Shown here: positions 1 through 11,781 of the stretch, one piece after another
Position numbering within the stretch: position 1 is the stretch's first letter
Layout: every line of letters begins with the position of its first letter
Origin: Chiloscyllium plagiosum
Lineage: Eukaryota
Assembly: GCF_004010195.1 (NCBI RefSeq)
Contig: NC_057750.1
Span: 1,922,929-1,986,928 of the forward strand
Direction of reading: 5' to 3'
DNA: 64,000 nt
Made by a program: the position numbers and the translations under genes
Notes under the pieces: model-generated
The model's input: only the letters and a program-made list of their open reading frames with translations
Told to the model about the DNA's origin: nothing
Database searches by the model: none

Positions 1-649
1 TTCTTTTGCCCCCACCACTCTCATTCCCTCCCCGCAAGAAAAAAGCCTTTCTCCCCTCCCCCGTGCTGCTGTTTCGAAACAAATTCCTCTGGGAGAGGGA
101 TCAAAACCTTTCCCTCCCTCCTCAACTCCCACCAAAGGAAAAGCAAAGCCAACCCCCTCCCTGCTTCCACCACCACTAACAACATCCATTCTCCTGCGGT
201 GCCTGGATTGGAGAGGGTGGGTGTCTTAATCTTTGCCTTTCCTTCTCTTTCTCCACCACTCTGTGCAAAAGCACAGTACATCAGGCTGCATCCGAGGAGT
301 GTAGTTAGTTCACCCTTCATCCATGGCAGATAAAGATCAAAGTCTGAGAAAATTGTCCATTTTTGCAGCAAAAATGATCCGAATTCCCAACACCCCGTGC
401 ACCCAATAAAGAAACTGTTGGAGTGCCCCAGACTCCAAAACAGTCAGAATCTACACCGCCCACCTCCCGCCCACAAAATAAACAGTTGCAGTTCTCCAGA
501 TTTCTCTCTTAGTCTGTCAAAGCCTCAATCTTTTTTTAAAAACGTGGTTTTTCAATGCCTTTGTGGTTTCAGCTTCCCCTTTCTCCAGCCGTCTGCAGCG
601 CACAGTCCTCTGCACTCCTTCTGTGTTGGTCTCTTAAGTATCGCCAAGT

Positions 650-755
650 TCTGATGAAGGCTCAGTGGCCCTAAAACATTAACTCTTTTATTTTTCTCTC
701 CACAGATGCTGCCAGACCTTCTGAGTTTCTCCAGCAGTTTCTATTTTTGCTCCTG
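650..755 (+). mobile_element. Old Penelope-like terminal (pLTR) fragment with decayed hammerhead motif
   Basis: ctgatgaagg...cctaaaacattaa followed by cagatgctgccagaccttctgagtttctccagca, related to the termini of other Penelope copies in the window. Confidence 0.5.
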
Positions 756-1083
756 ATTTTAGTTGCTCTGCACATAGGCCAGAACTTCCAGCTGCCTGGG
801 CTCCAAGTTCAGAAATTCTGTCCCTGAAAGTCTCCGTTCTCTCTCTTCTCAAACACACTCCTTAAAAAATTGCCTGTGTTACCCTGCTTTTAGTCACCTG
901 ATCTAACAGCTTTGTGTGTCTGTTTCATAATTGCACACATGAAGCAGTTCTGTTAAATTTAAAGTACGATGTTAATGCAGGTTGTTGCGAATTAACTAAT
1001 GGTGAGGCGGACTCCCCGAGCTAATCAATGAAGTAGCCAAACCTCAGATAGAAACCCAGAGTAATAATGACTTCACTTGCAGT

Positions 1084-2160
1084 GACAATAGACAATAGGT
1101 GCAGGAATAGGCCATTCAGCCCTTCGAGCCTGCACCGCCATTCAATATAATCATGGCTGATCATTCCTAATCAGTATCCTGTTCCTGCCTTATCTCCATA
1201 ACCCTTGATTCCACTATCCTTGAGAGCTCTATCCAACTTCTTCTTAAATGAATCCAGAGACTGGGCCTCCACTGCCCTCTGGGGCAGAGCATTCCACACA
1301 GCCACCACTCTCTGGGTGAAGAAGTTTCTCCTGAGCTCTGTCCTAAATGGTCTACCCCGTATTTTTAAGCTGTGTCCTCTGGTTCGGCACTCATCCATCA
1401 GTGGAAATATGTTTCCTACTGCCAGAGTGTCCAATCCTTTCATAATCTTATACGTCTCAATCAGATCCCCTCTCAATCTTCAAAACTCAAGGGTATACAA
1501 GCCCAGTCACTTCAGTCTTTCAGTATAAGGTAATCCTGCCATTCCAGGAACTGACCTCGTGAACCTAAGCTGCAATCCCTCAATAGCCAGAATGTCTTTT
1601 CTCAAACTTGGAGACCAGAACTGCACACAGTACTCCAGGTGTGGTCTCACCAGGGCCCTGTACAGCTGCAGAAGCACCTCTTTGCTTCTATATTCAATTC
1701 CTCTTGTTATGAAGGCCAGCATGCTGTTAGCCTTCTTCACTACCTGTTGTACCTGCATGCTTGCCTTCATTGACTGGTGTACAAGAACACCCAGATTTCT
1801 CTGTACTGCCCCTTTACATAAATTGATTCCATTGAGGTAGTAGTCTGCCTTCCTGTTCTTGGTACCAAAGTGGATAACCATACATTTATCCACATTAAAC
1901 TGCATCTGCCATGCATCTGCCCACTCACCTAACTTGTCCAGGTCACCCTGTAATCTCCTAACATCCTCATCACTTTTCACCCTGCCACCTAGCTTTGTAT
2001 CATCAGCAAATTTGCTAATGTTATTGCTGATACTATCTTCTATATCATTAACATATATTGTAAAAAGCTGTGGTCCCAGCACGGATCCCTGCGGTACCCC
2101 ACTGGTCACTGCCTGCCATTCCGAAATGGAGCCGTTTATCACTACCCTTTGTTTCCTATT
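1084..2160 (-). mobile_element. CR1-type LINE, 5'-truncated, C-terminal RT region and 3' tail
   Basis: ORF 1507-2142 ([37 protein letters not shown]) continues in frame into ORF 1171-1476 across two TGA stops; (TATTGTC)n-like tail at 1084-1097. Confidence 0.93.
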
Positions 2161-2431
2161 GAACCAGTTTTAACCTATTGACATTGAACCAATTTTAAAA
2201 ACATAGTATTGTGAAGAAGTGTACTTGCTCAAATTGTTGAGAGAATGTGGAAAAATTGCCGTGGGAAGGTGTCTGAAACGCTGAGGGAATTTGAGTTTCA
2301 AAGGAATGCAGCAAAGGATGGAATTTGGGATTGGTGCATTCTGTTTGCCAAAGATTGAGCAGTCTCTCACAAAATTTCCTGCTTTTTCTAAGCTTTTAAT
2401 TCGTCTTGCTTTCCTATTTACTCTGTTCTAG

Positions 2432-2519
2432 TCACACACAATTCTCCTTGTACAACCTACTAAACGGCCAGAGGGAAGGACCTACGCAGATTATGAATCT
2501 GTCAATGAATGTATGGAAG
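2432..2519 (+). CDS. ERH: ERH coding exon 2
   Basis: ctgttctag|TCACAC...ATGGAAG|gtatga; [30 protein letters not shown]. Confidence 0.96.
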
Positions 2520-5500
2520 GTATGACTCGCTGATCAATCTTAATGTAGTGCACACGTGTTAAAACACTGAAATTAAAAGCTGTGAACTGATGAGTGGATG
2601 TCTCCCATTTTCCAATCACAAAAGGGACATTAGGGTTGAGTTTTTTTGTTTGCTGCCTCACAAAAACTGTTTGGCCACCTTGGACATTTTGTTTACACAG
2701 CCTGTTCTGCATTTGCAATTTATAATCGAGCTTTTCTCTCTGGGCAGCTCTCACTGTAGTTTACATTTCAATAGGCCCAATACTTAATTTGTGCGTCAGC
2801 AGGTTGGACCACAGACTGACCTATAGAATCTCCTTTACTCAAACCCCTGTCCATAAAGATTCCAATGGGGCAGTTCTTGATCGAGCACCATACGACCCTG
2901 GCTTAGAAAATCAGGGTTAGGAGCAAGAAGACGCCATTCGGCCCCTCAAGCTTGCCCTGCTGTTTGATACAATTACAAATGATCTCATCTCAGCCTCAAC
3001 TCCACTTTCCTGCCTGCTCCCCATAACCCTTTAACCCATTACTAATTTTAAAAGTTGTCCATCTCCATAACTTTGTGTCCAGCCATTCACCACACTTTAG
3101 GGGAGTGAATTCCACAGATTCACATTTCTTGAGAGAAGTAATTCCTCCACATCTCTCTCAAAAATCTGCTGTCCCTTATCCTAAAACTGACCTCTCACCC
3201 TAGATTGCCCCCATGAGAAAACATCCTCTCTACAACAGTTTCTTGTTTTCTCTCTTCCTGCCCCAGGGTTGCTCAGACCATTCCGACTCCTCGAATGTGA
3301 TCAGTTTATATTGCAGTTGGACACAAGCAACTATTTGTTTCTTGTGCCGCAGTTATCAGCCACTCTGTTTATTTTCTTGTGGCCTCCCCTCTGTTTCCCC
3401 CTTCATTTTTCCTTTTCAGAAAGCTAACAAATGTATTGTGGTGGATCTGCTAATTCTGACACACTGTGAAGTTCTGGGAGCAGCGGGGAGGGTGAACGCA
3501 GAGTTCCTTTTGAGAATGGGAGAAAGTGAGGACTGCAGAAGCTGGAGATCAGAGCTTAAAAATGTATTGCTGGAAAAACGCAGAAGGTCAAGCAGCATCC
3601 AAGGAACAGGAGATTCCTGAAGAAGGGATCTTCAGGAGGCAGCATCAAAGGAGCAGGAGAATCGACGTTTTGGGCATAAGCCCTTCTTCAGGAATCTCCT
3701 GTTCCTTGGATGCTGCTTGACCTGCTGCGCTTTTCCAGCCACACATTTTTAAGCTTCCTTTTGAGAATATTCAGTTCCGCACAAGATTTCAGACTGAAGT
3801 TAAAATATATTGTGACTTAGGCAGAGCTTTTATTTATCTCTTCTCAGGTGTCTGCAAAATGTTTGAAGAACATTTAAAGCGAATGAACCCAAACAGTCCG
3901 TCTATCACGTATGACATTAGCCAGCTCTTTGACTTCATTGATGACCTTGCTGACCTCAGCTGCCTCGTGTAAGTGCAGTCACTGTTACTACACCTGACAG
4001 CAATATCTTAACCAAAAATCTATCAATCTCTCTAATTTTGAAATTTTTACTTGACTCTACTTTAACCTGAGCAGACTTTTGCGGGGGGGGCAAGATTTCC
4101 ATTACTGTTTGTGAAAAGTTATTCCTGACATCATCTCTGAATATTCCAGCTCTACATTGTGCATGTCTGCCAGAGTTAACAGTAGCCTATGGAATTTAAA
4201 ATCAATTAATACATCTGGAATATAAAGCTAATTCCAGCACTTTAAATTAGCTGTGCAATTAGACTCACCCTGAAATATCATTATGCACAAAGAATAATGG
4301 CTTTATTGTTGCAGCAAATATTTTTATTTTAGTTTAAAATGATAGAAATTATTTTCTAGTAAACCAGCATTTTAATTGTGAATGACAGAATGGCATGGTG
4401 GCTCAGTGGTTAGCACTACTGCCTCACACCACCAGGGACCCAGGTTCAATTCCACCTTTGGGTGACTGTGTGGAGTGTGCAAGTTCTCCCCATGTCTGTG
4501 TGGGTTTCCTCAGAGAATGCTAGTTTCCTACCACAGTCCGAAGATAGGCAGGTTATGTGGATTAGCCATGGGAAATGCAGAGTCACAGGAATAGAGTGGA
4601 GTTGTGGGTCTGGGTGAGATGGTCTTCGGAGGGTTGGTGTGGACTCGATGGACTGAATAACCTGCTTCCATACAGTAGGGAGTTCTATAAATCTATGGAA
4701 CTACTTCAAATGTCATGCCACATTTCAGCGTAGTAATGAAATGACAGTGCAGTGGTCATTGTCAAGTAGTAGAGACTACATTGCTGGCAAAGCATAGCAG
4801 GTCAGGCAGCATCAGAGGAGCAGGAAAATCGACATTTTGGGTTGGAGCCCTTCATCAGGAATGAGACTGCGGGCCTTGGGGGTGAAGAGATAAATGGGAG
4901 GAAGGTGGGGCCTGGGAGGAGGTAGCTGAGAGTGCATTAGATGGATGGAGATGGGGTTAAAGGTGATAGTTCAGGAAGGAGGATGGAGCGGATAGGTGGG
5001 AAGGACGATTGGCAGGTAGGACAGGTCATGAGGGTGGTGCTGAGCTGTAAGGTTGGAACCAGGGTAAGGTGGGTGGAAGGGGAAATGAGGAAACTGGTGA
5101 AGTCCACATTGATGCTCTGGGGTTGAAGGGTCCCGAAACGGAAGGCGTTCTTCCTCCAAGCGTCAGGTGGTGAGGGAGTGGCGATCGAGCAGGCCCACGA
5201 CCTCCATGTGGCTAAACATTTCAGCTTCCCCCTCCCGCTCTGCCGAGGACATACAGGTGACCCTTCAACCCTAGGGCATCAATGTGGACTTCACCAGTTT
5301 CCTCATTTCCCCTCCCCCCCCACCTTACCCGGGTTCCAATCTTCCAGCTCAGCACTGCCCTCATGACCGGTCCTGCCTGCCAATCTTCCTTCCCACCTAT
5401 CCGTTCCACCCTCCTCTCCGACCTATCACCTTTACCCCACCTCTATCCATCGATTGCACTCTCAGCTACCTTCTCTCCAGCCCCACCCCCCTCCCATTTA

Positions 5501-6892
5501 TCTCTCCATCTCTGAGGCTCCCAGCTTATGCCCGAAACGTTGATTTTCCTGCTCCCCGGATGCTGCCTGACCTGCTGTGCTTTTCCAGCAACGTACTCTC
5601 AACTATGCTCTCCAGCATCTGCAGACCTCACTGTCCCCTCATTTGACTAGTAATCTCCCTAAATTCCCTCTAACTATTCTCTCTACAGTGAAGATTTCCA
5701 AGATCTGTACTCAGCATCAGCTTCCTGAAAGTGGAGGCCAGTGTGCTGGCCAAAGCTGAGTGGCTGCACAGCTACACCGTTTAGAGGGAATTCTGCTAGG
5801 AATCCAAAGGCCCTTAGACGTGAATTTAAAAACAGTTGTTTATGGAATTTAAAATCAATTAATAAATCTGCAATATAAAGCTAGTCTCAATACCATAGGT
5901 TGTTGCAAAAACCCATCTGGTTTACTAATGTCTTTTAGCAAAGGAATGTTTTTATTCTCTCATGAGGCATGGACATCATTGGCTCTGTCCAGTATTTATT
6001 ACCTGTCCCTAGTTTCCCCCTTGAGAAGGTGGGGGGGAGCTGCTTTCTTGAACTGCTGCACTCCATGTGCTGTGTGTTGACCCACAGTGCCCTGATGGAA
6101 TTCCAGGATTCTGACCCTTTGACACTGAAGGAACAGTGATGTATTTCCAAGTCAGGATGATGAGTGGCTTGGAGGGGAATTTGCAGGGGGGTGGGGGTGT
6201 CCCTGTGTATCTGTTACCCTTGTCCTTTTAGATGGAAGTGGTTGAGAATTTGGAAGGTGCAAAGGATCTTTTGTGGATTTCTGCATTTATCTTGCAAATA
6301 GTATGCAGGTCATCTGCCATCCTTACCTGGTCTGGCCTACAATGTGTGACTCAATAATCTGGTTGACTCTTTTAATTATCGTCTGAAATACCGTCACATA
6401 GCTCAAGGGCAATTAGAGATAGATAATAATAGCTTTATCAGTGATGCCCAAAAACTCTAAGAAGAAATAAGGGAAAAATAACCTGTGCATGAACAAGGAG
6501 CAAAAATGCTTTTTAAAAATTTATTTGGGATGTGGGTGTCACTAGTTAGACCTGAAATTTTATTGCCCAACCCTAATCGTTCAGAGGGCAGTTTAAAGTC
6601 AATTACATTGCTGTGGGTTTTGAGTCACATGGAGGCCAAACTAGGTGAGGAATAGCAGTGGTTGCAAATTACTGCCCCCTTTCAAATGGGAACCACTGAC
6701 TGTGGAGAAACATTGGAGCCATCTGGTTTTATATGGTGCAGGAGTCTGGCTGGTATTAAATGATTAGACAATCTTATTTGTTTCTCCAGATATCGAGCAG
6801 ACACACAGACTTACCAACCTTACAACAAGGACTGGCTCAAGGAGAAGATCTACATCCTGCTTCGCCGACAAGCCCAGCAGGCAGGAAAGTAA
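2432..6892 (+). CDS. ERH: ERH (enhancer of rudimentary homolog), spliced span of coding exons 2-4; ATG-bearing exon 1 not confidently located
   Basis: Exons 2432-2519, 3848-3968 and 6790-6892 (88+121+103 nt) have AG/GT boundaries and matching phases. They translate [103 protein letters not shown], which is ERH residues 2-104. Confidence 0.97.
2915..3235 (-). mobile_element. CR1-type LINE 3' end fragment
   Basis: Degenerate similarity to 1095-1420 (ccattcggcccctcaagc...gaattccacagattcac). Confidence 0.65.
3518..3754. mobile_element. Penelope-derived inverted-repeat mini-element (family 1) with 14-bp TSD
   Basis: TSD TTCCTTTTGAGAAT at 3504-3517 and 3755-3768; long inverted arms; minus strand CTGAAGAAGGGCTTATGCCCAAAACGTC. 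Confidence 0.85.
3848..3968 (+). CDS. ERH: ERH coding exon 3
   Basis: ttctcag|GTGTCTGC...CTCGT|gtaagt; [41 protein letters not shown]. Confidence 0.96.
4392..4688 (+). mobile_element. tRNA-derived V-SINE (HE1-like)
   Basis: Box A/B-like head tggctcagtggttagc...ggttcaattcc; V-domain gtgtggagtgtgca...gtgggtttcctc; matches copies at 24157 and 31899. Confidence 0.85.
4772..5640. mobile_element. Penelope-like element family 1, two 3' portions in inverted orientation
   Basis: 4780-5200 is an inverted copy of 5200-5640 (e.g. gaaatgaggaaactggtgaagtccacattgatgc / gcatcaatgtggacttcaccagtttcctcatttc); homologous to 18650-19050. Confidence 0.85.
5840..6450 (+). mobile_element. Deu-type SINE (SacSINE-like) interrupted by an L2-like 3' fragment (about 5960-6310, minus strand)
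   Basis: aaaacccatctggtttactaatgtc...ccttacctggtctggcctac matches 15895-15975; insert resembles the reverse complement of 25100-25420. Confidence 0.6.
6790..6892 (+). CDS. ERH: ERH coding exon 4 (stop TAA 6890-6892)
   Basis: tttctccag|ATATCGA...[39 protein letters not shown]. Confidence 0.96.
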
Positions 6893-7487
6893 CTGCTGGT
6901 CTGGCTCAGCGGCTCAGTGCTCTACAAGGAGAATGATTGATTGCACCAATTTTCTTTTTTAGCTCACAGATGTCCCTCTTCAGGTCTTTGGAGCACCTGA
7001 GTGTGCTGCTTGTAGATCTCAATATTTTTGTAGAAATAATTTGATTTGCCCCTACCCCATTAGAAAGCTTGCTCCTTTTTATCAAATCATGCATTGGTGT
7101 TTTAAAACAAGCCACATTGGATGGAATGTAAGGACCAGCCTTGCCCTTACAGCCATCTTTCATTCAGACACTGATTGGGAACAAACCTGACTGCTTTTGT
7201 CATTCATGGATGAACTCTTAACATAATACTGTCACTAGGCTCCTGATCAGACCTAACTTTGTCTTAGAAGAGAGTGGTTTTGCCAACTGTCTGCAACCTG
7301 TCCAGTTTATAGAGCAGTGAGGACCGAACAGACTGTCTCAGAAGAAAAGCTCTTTTGGGTTAAACATTTTTTCTAGAAAGTTAATCTTCTTGTCTGATGT
7401 GTTGTTTCTGCAGAGTTGTTTCTGTAGGACCAAAGTTCTGGTTACCCAGTAGTTTGGTTTTTTTGCTTCAGGTTATGGTTTTTGCAG

Positions 7488-7493
7488 ATTAAA
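7488..7493 (+). terminator. Candidate ERH polyadenylation signal (ATTAAA); alternative AATAAA at 8014-8019
   Basis: Hexamer about 600 nt after the ERH stop in U-rich context; no transcript evidence. Confidence 0.35.
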
Positions 7494-8453
7494 TTTTTGT
7501 TTTAATATGAAAATTTCTTCGTTTATATATTCATTTACATACTTGCTGTTTGAATGAAACATTGACTGTGCCTGCATCAATTGGCTGCTCCCTCAGAGAG
7601 AACCATCCTTGATGCATTGTTTCAGGGGTTAGAAAAAGTTATACTTCCAAATACGTTGTTTGCATGCTTAAGCCAGTCAACCTGTTAAATGCATTTGGTA
7701 TTCATTGGAGGGAAAATCTGGTTGAGTTGGTTTTAGGGTGCAAAGACTGCTTTACATTATAAATGGTTATCACTGGAGTAAGGAAATTAAGGAAATCTAT
7801 GAGTGATAGAGCATTATAAAAAGTAAATCTGGCTGCTGCTTTTTAGGAGATGGTGCTGACTGAAATTCAGGAAAATCCCCAGTATCATATTTGAGAATGT
7901 TCTGGTTTTAGACTTACACACATTCACATCTGTGGTTGGCTTCAGACATCGGGTCAGGGAGGGTTCACAATCGTTTATCACCTGCTTGCAGTCATTGCCA
8001 GGAGTCACAATGGAATAAACTGCATGCTGTAAACTCTTCCCAGCAAATCTGAAATGGTGTTGAGCTTTGTTACTTCCACAGTAACATTTAGTTATCATTT
8101 AGTCCTGCTCAAATTAGCAAGATTACCATTTTGGAGGTATACAAGTGTGGTAGCAAACGCTTGGGAATGTGGAACTTTAATCAATAATTTCAAACAACAA
8201 ACCCTTTATCCCGTCAGTCAATATGTAACAGCCTCTTACTTCCTTTCACCTGCAATCTCAACATTATAATGTATAATATCTCTGACTGTATTTTCTGGTT
8301 TTAGACCTGGCTAATTGTGTTTGTAGAGGTCAAGATATTTATGATCGTTAAGGAGGTTTAAAAAAAAGAACATGATGCATCTTTCACTTTCCCGAAATGT
8401 TTGTTCCTGCTGCTTATGCACAAGCCAAAAAAAACTCAACAGTCAACATTGCA

Positions 8454-8459
8454 TTTATT
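8454..8459 (-). terminator. Candidate distal ZNF541 polyadenylation signal (AATAAA on minus strand); proximal alternative at 10965-10970
   Basis: Minus strand reads AATAAAtgcaatgttgactgttgag followed by a T-run and ggcttgtg, i.e. hexamer plus GU/U-rich downstream element. Confidence 0.5.
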
Positions 8460-11400
8460 GAAACAATCCTGCATATTTGTAAAGCAAGTTAACTCCACAG
8501 GACCTTGTGTTTACAGCATTGGTGGGTTTTCACTTAATTCTTTAACAGATTCTATTCTGCACAAAGTTCCCAATCAATGAAACTGAAACACTTTGTGCTG
8601 CTGAATTACACAGACAGCACACTGTTCTGAGGAGGAATTGAGGTAATTGGATCAAGAGGATATGTCCATTCTGTTCCTCCTTTTACCACTTCTCTAACAG
8701 AAATGCATTAAACACTTGCATATGCAGTACTTGTTGAAATATCATATACAAATGAAACTGCATTTCAGGCAAAAGTAAAAATACATCCATTCCTACTTTA
8801 ATTTTCTAGTAATCTATGAATTCCTTTTTGGATTTGTATGATAAGGAAATATCCAGCAATGTACAATGAAAAACACAACTCATGTAAAGCAAAACCTGTT
8901 CCATTTTGTATCTTTCAGGTTATGAGAAAGTGTGAAAAAAAGTGAGTTTTCAAAAAAAGTATGAGTTTTCAAAAAAAAATGTTTGGATGCATTTGTGAGG
9001 GATTACCACATTACTCATCTCTCCTGTCAAACTAAAATAATGTTCTGATACTTTTTGGACGCTGAGTCAATTGTTTCACCATTCATTTTAAAGACTGTCC
9101 ACATTTTATGATAAACTGACTGTAACTGAAAGAAATGAAACAGAACAACTAAAATAGTTGCACTGTTGCTTAATGCATTTCTCTTCTCTCAAAGTCCATT
9201 CAACAAGTAAAATCTGCATATTAATCTAGTATAGATTAATGGGATACAAGTCTATTGTGGCTCAACAGACAGATAATACTGGGCCGGTATTGTACCTCTT
9301 GCCAAGATGTGTAGAGTGTTATCAGGCCTTAGAGGTGTACACCCCAGTGTTTAACTTGTTCCTTGGTATGAAGACAATATCTGCTGAATGTTTCTGAAAC
9401 ATACTGATCTTATTTCCACTCTTGTGTGGCATTTTAACTTTTTCTGAATCAAATACATTTTGGGACTGTTGAATTCTTAGGTTGCCAGGTTATGGCATAT
9501 AGCAATCTGAAAGATTCTGTAGCCTCACAGGTGACATGAATGGGCTGAGGAAAGACTAAGATAACTTCAGTAGCAGGCACTTTAAGTTCAAAATGTGCAG
9601 GTTACTTTCAATTGAAGTACTTGCCCCTCCCATAAACTGAAAAGAAATTTTCCTTGAGAAAGTTCTGTCCCCACTTCGTAGTCATATTAGTGTAAAAAAT
9701 ATTTTAAAGAAATTTATAAATTTGTTAGCTGCGGTCTTTCCCAAATGAAAATTAATGACACATTGGTTTTCAGATGGCTGAATGATGAGTCTTTCTGACA
9801 GGTATACCCAATGCTAGTGTATCAAGTTTGATGCCTTTCAGGTCCAGCCAACTTAAAAAATAGTCCATGTGTATCCTACCTAGAGATTTGGCAAAAAGAC
9901 ATCTGTGATTGTCCTTAGTATTTAAAAAAAACTGCTGCTCCTGCCTGAAGTGAATGTTGGCCAGAATTTTGGGGTTAAGAGGGCCCAGCATCCCTGCTTA
10001 AAACAGCTAAAACATACTGCAAAAATCTTTCAGCACAGTATAAAATATAAGACTGAAGCAATTATATTTACATTGCCACAGGCAGTGAAAAATCACCATT
10101 GTTAAAAATGCAAAGCAAGAGGATTAAAAATATTAATCATTTCAGGGCAGGGCAACAACTGAAATTCTGCAGTTACCCTCAGCACCTTGGAGTTGGAGAA
10201 TTAACAATTTTGGCTGTCTTGCATGCTCACTATTTAGTCCTGCTGGAAAGTATGCTCTGAACAGCTGGCTGTTACAGGAACAAGATCAATGTCTTCAAAG
10301 TAACATGATACAGCTTTCTAGCCCTGTACTGCTGAGCAAGTACCTGCCAAATGAAGTCCAGGCTCTTTTCTCAAAAGGGAGACTTGCTCCTCAAACAAAC
10401 TTGTGTATCTCCTTGTGGCATTGAGCACACAAGTTTACCAGGTAGTTCCCATAACCCTTCCTCTTGTGATTGCCTTTAGTGCACAACTACTGCTAGAGAC
10501 CTGAGAGTAGAAACCGAGGGAACTACTCTTCAATTAAAAGGAGGGAAAACAAGCTTCCTTGAGAGACATGGTGCTGAAATGGAAGATCAGGTCCATGTTC
10601 TCTGCTAGAGGGGAAGAACTTTGGATAGAAAGAAAGAAAGGTCTAAGGCTTGTTTCTTCTTTTGGCTGGTTACAAACAACACTGATCAAAGCTTACCAGT
10701 AACTCAGCTACTTATCTTCCCTGTGCAGAACTCAATTCAAGGTGGGCAAAGATAATTGTTTTTATACCACACTGTTACAGTTTAGACATTGAACTGGGTA
10801 GCATTTAACATGCAGTTTACCTACTCTCCAAACTGACTTCCCTACTTGTCTCTCAGTTCCAATGGGAATTTAGAGATGGGTGATTGATTGACTGTTTATA
10901 AACTGTTCCTGGTGTTAACATTTTGCATTATAGCAGAAGCTAACATCAATTAATCACATTCTATTTTATTTTGGGAGAAGGAATCTTTAACCTCTATATT
11001 TTTGCCTGTTCTGAATATGGTCCAAGTCCCTACAGTTTTGCTGATCATACTTCAGTGAATTTTACTTTGGAATCCAAGACATCCCCAATTTTTATCTATC
11101 CATCAAATGGTTCATGGGGCAGCACAGAACATTCTTTATCTCAACAAGATTATAATGAGATATGGTTAACTGCAAGCATATTGAGTAAGATAGCACAGAT
11201 TTAACATTATAGGTCTAATGTTATTACTGATTGAGGGTTTCTCCATCTCATCAGCAAATCATATAGATTACACTAAGAACATAAATCAGGACTGGTTTTC
11301 ATTTTGAAGATTGCAATCCAATGTAAGATGTAAAAAAAAAACGTCTATCATCTGCAGGCTCAAGCATGTTTCCATGCATCTGGCAGTTTAGACTAAGGAG

Positions 11401-11597
11401 ATGTCCCATGTAATAATGTGCATTCCTGCCCCACTTTTGGACAAACCAAATCAAAATACCTAAAATCACTTTTTTACAGCATAGGCACATATAGCTTCAT
11501 GTTGTGCCAGCTGTTGTGAACAATCAGAAACTTAGGTCCCTGTTCTCCACCTATAGCCTCTACTACTTCTGCTAATTACTAGATGCTGGTAATGTCT

Positions 11598-11781
11598 TTA
11601 TGATGTGGTAATGTTTGACATATTGTTGGAGGTGAAGACCAAGACTGTCTCCTCTGGTTCCTCCTTTGGCTCAGCTTTCACACGTATCCTCGATCGTTTC
11701 ATCTCTGCCTGCCTTTCTTGCTCCTCCTGCTGCCTATGACATTTCATGTGAGCATTTCGACTTTTCACTTTGTCAAATACT
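11598..11781 (-). CDS. ZNF541: ZNF541 coding exon 16 (terminal; stop TAA)
   Basis: atgtttcag|AGTATTTGAC...; [60 protein letters not shown]. Confidence 0.93.

Noticed and set aside
21..654. ORFs of 116 and 85 aa at the window start
   Set aside because: No recognisable homology or splice support; probably ERH intron 1 or upstream sequence.
1205..2173. Plus-strand ORFs of 93-107 aa
   Set aside because: Antisense shadows of CR1 ORF2.
4187..4235. About 45-bp near-duplicate of 5841-5885
   Set aside because: Best explained as two fragments of the same SINE family rather than a functional direct repeat.
4392..4460. tRNA-like sequence (also at 24157 and 31899)
   Set aside because: These are SINE heads continuing into V-domain bodies, not tRNA genes.
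8934..8980. Short tandem duplication aaaaaaagt(a)tgagttttc
   Set aside because: Simple slippage between A-runs; no repeat-spacer array or other structure.
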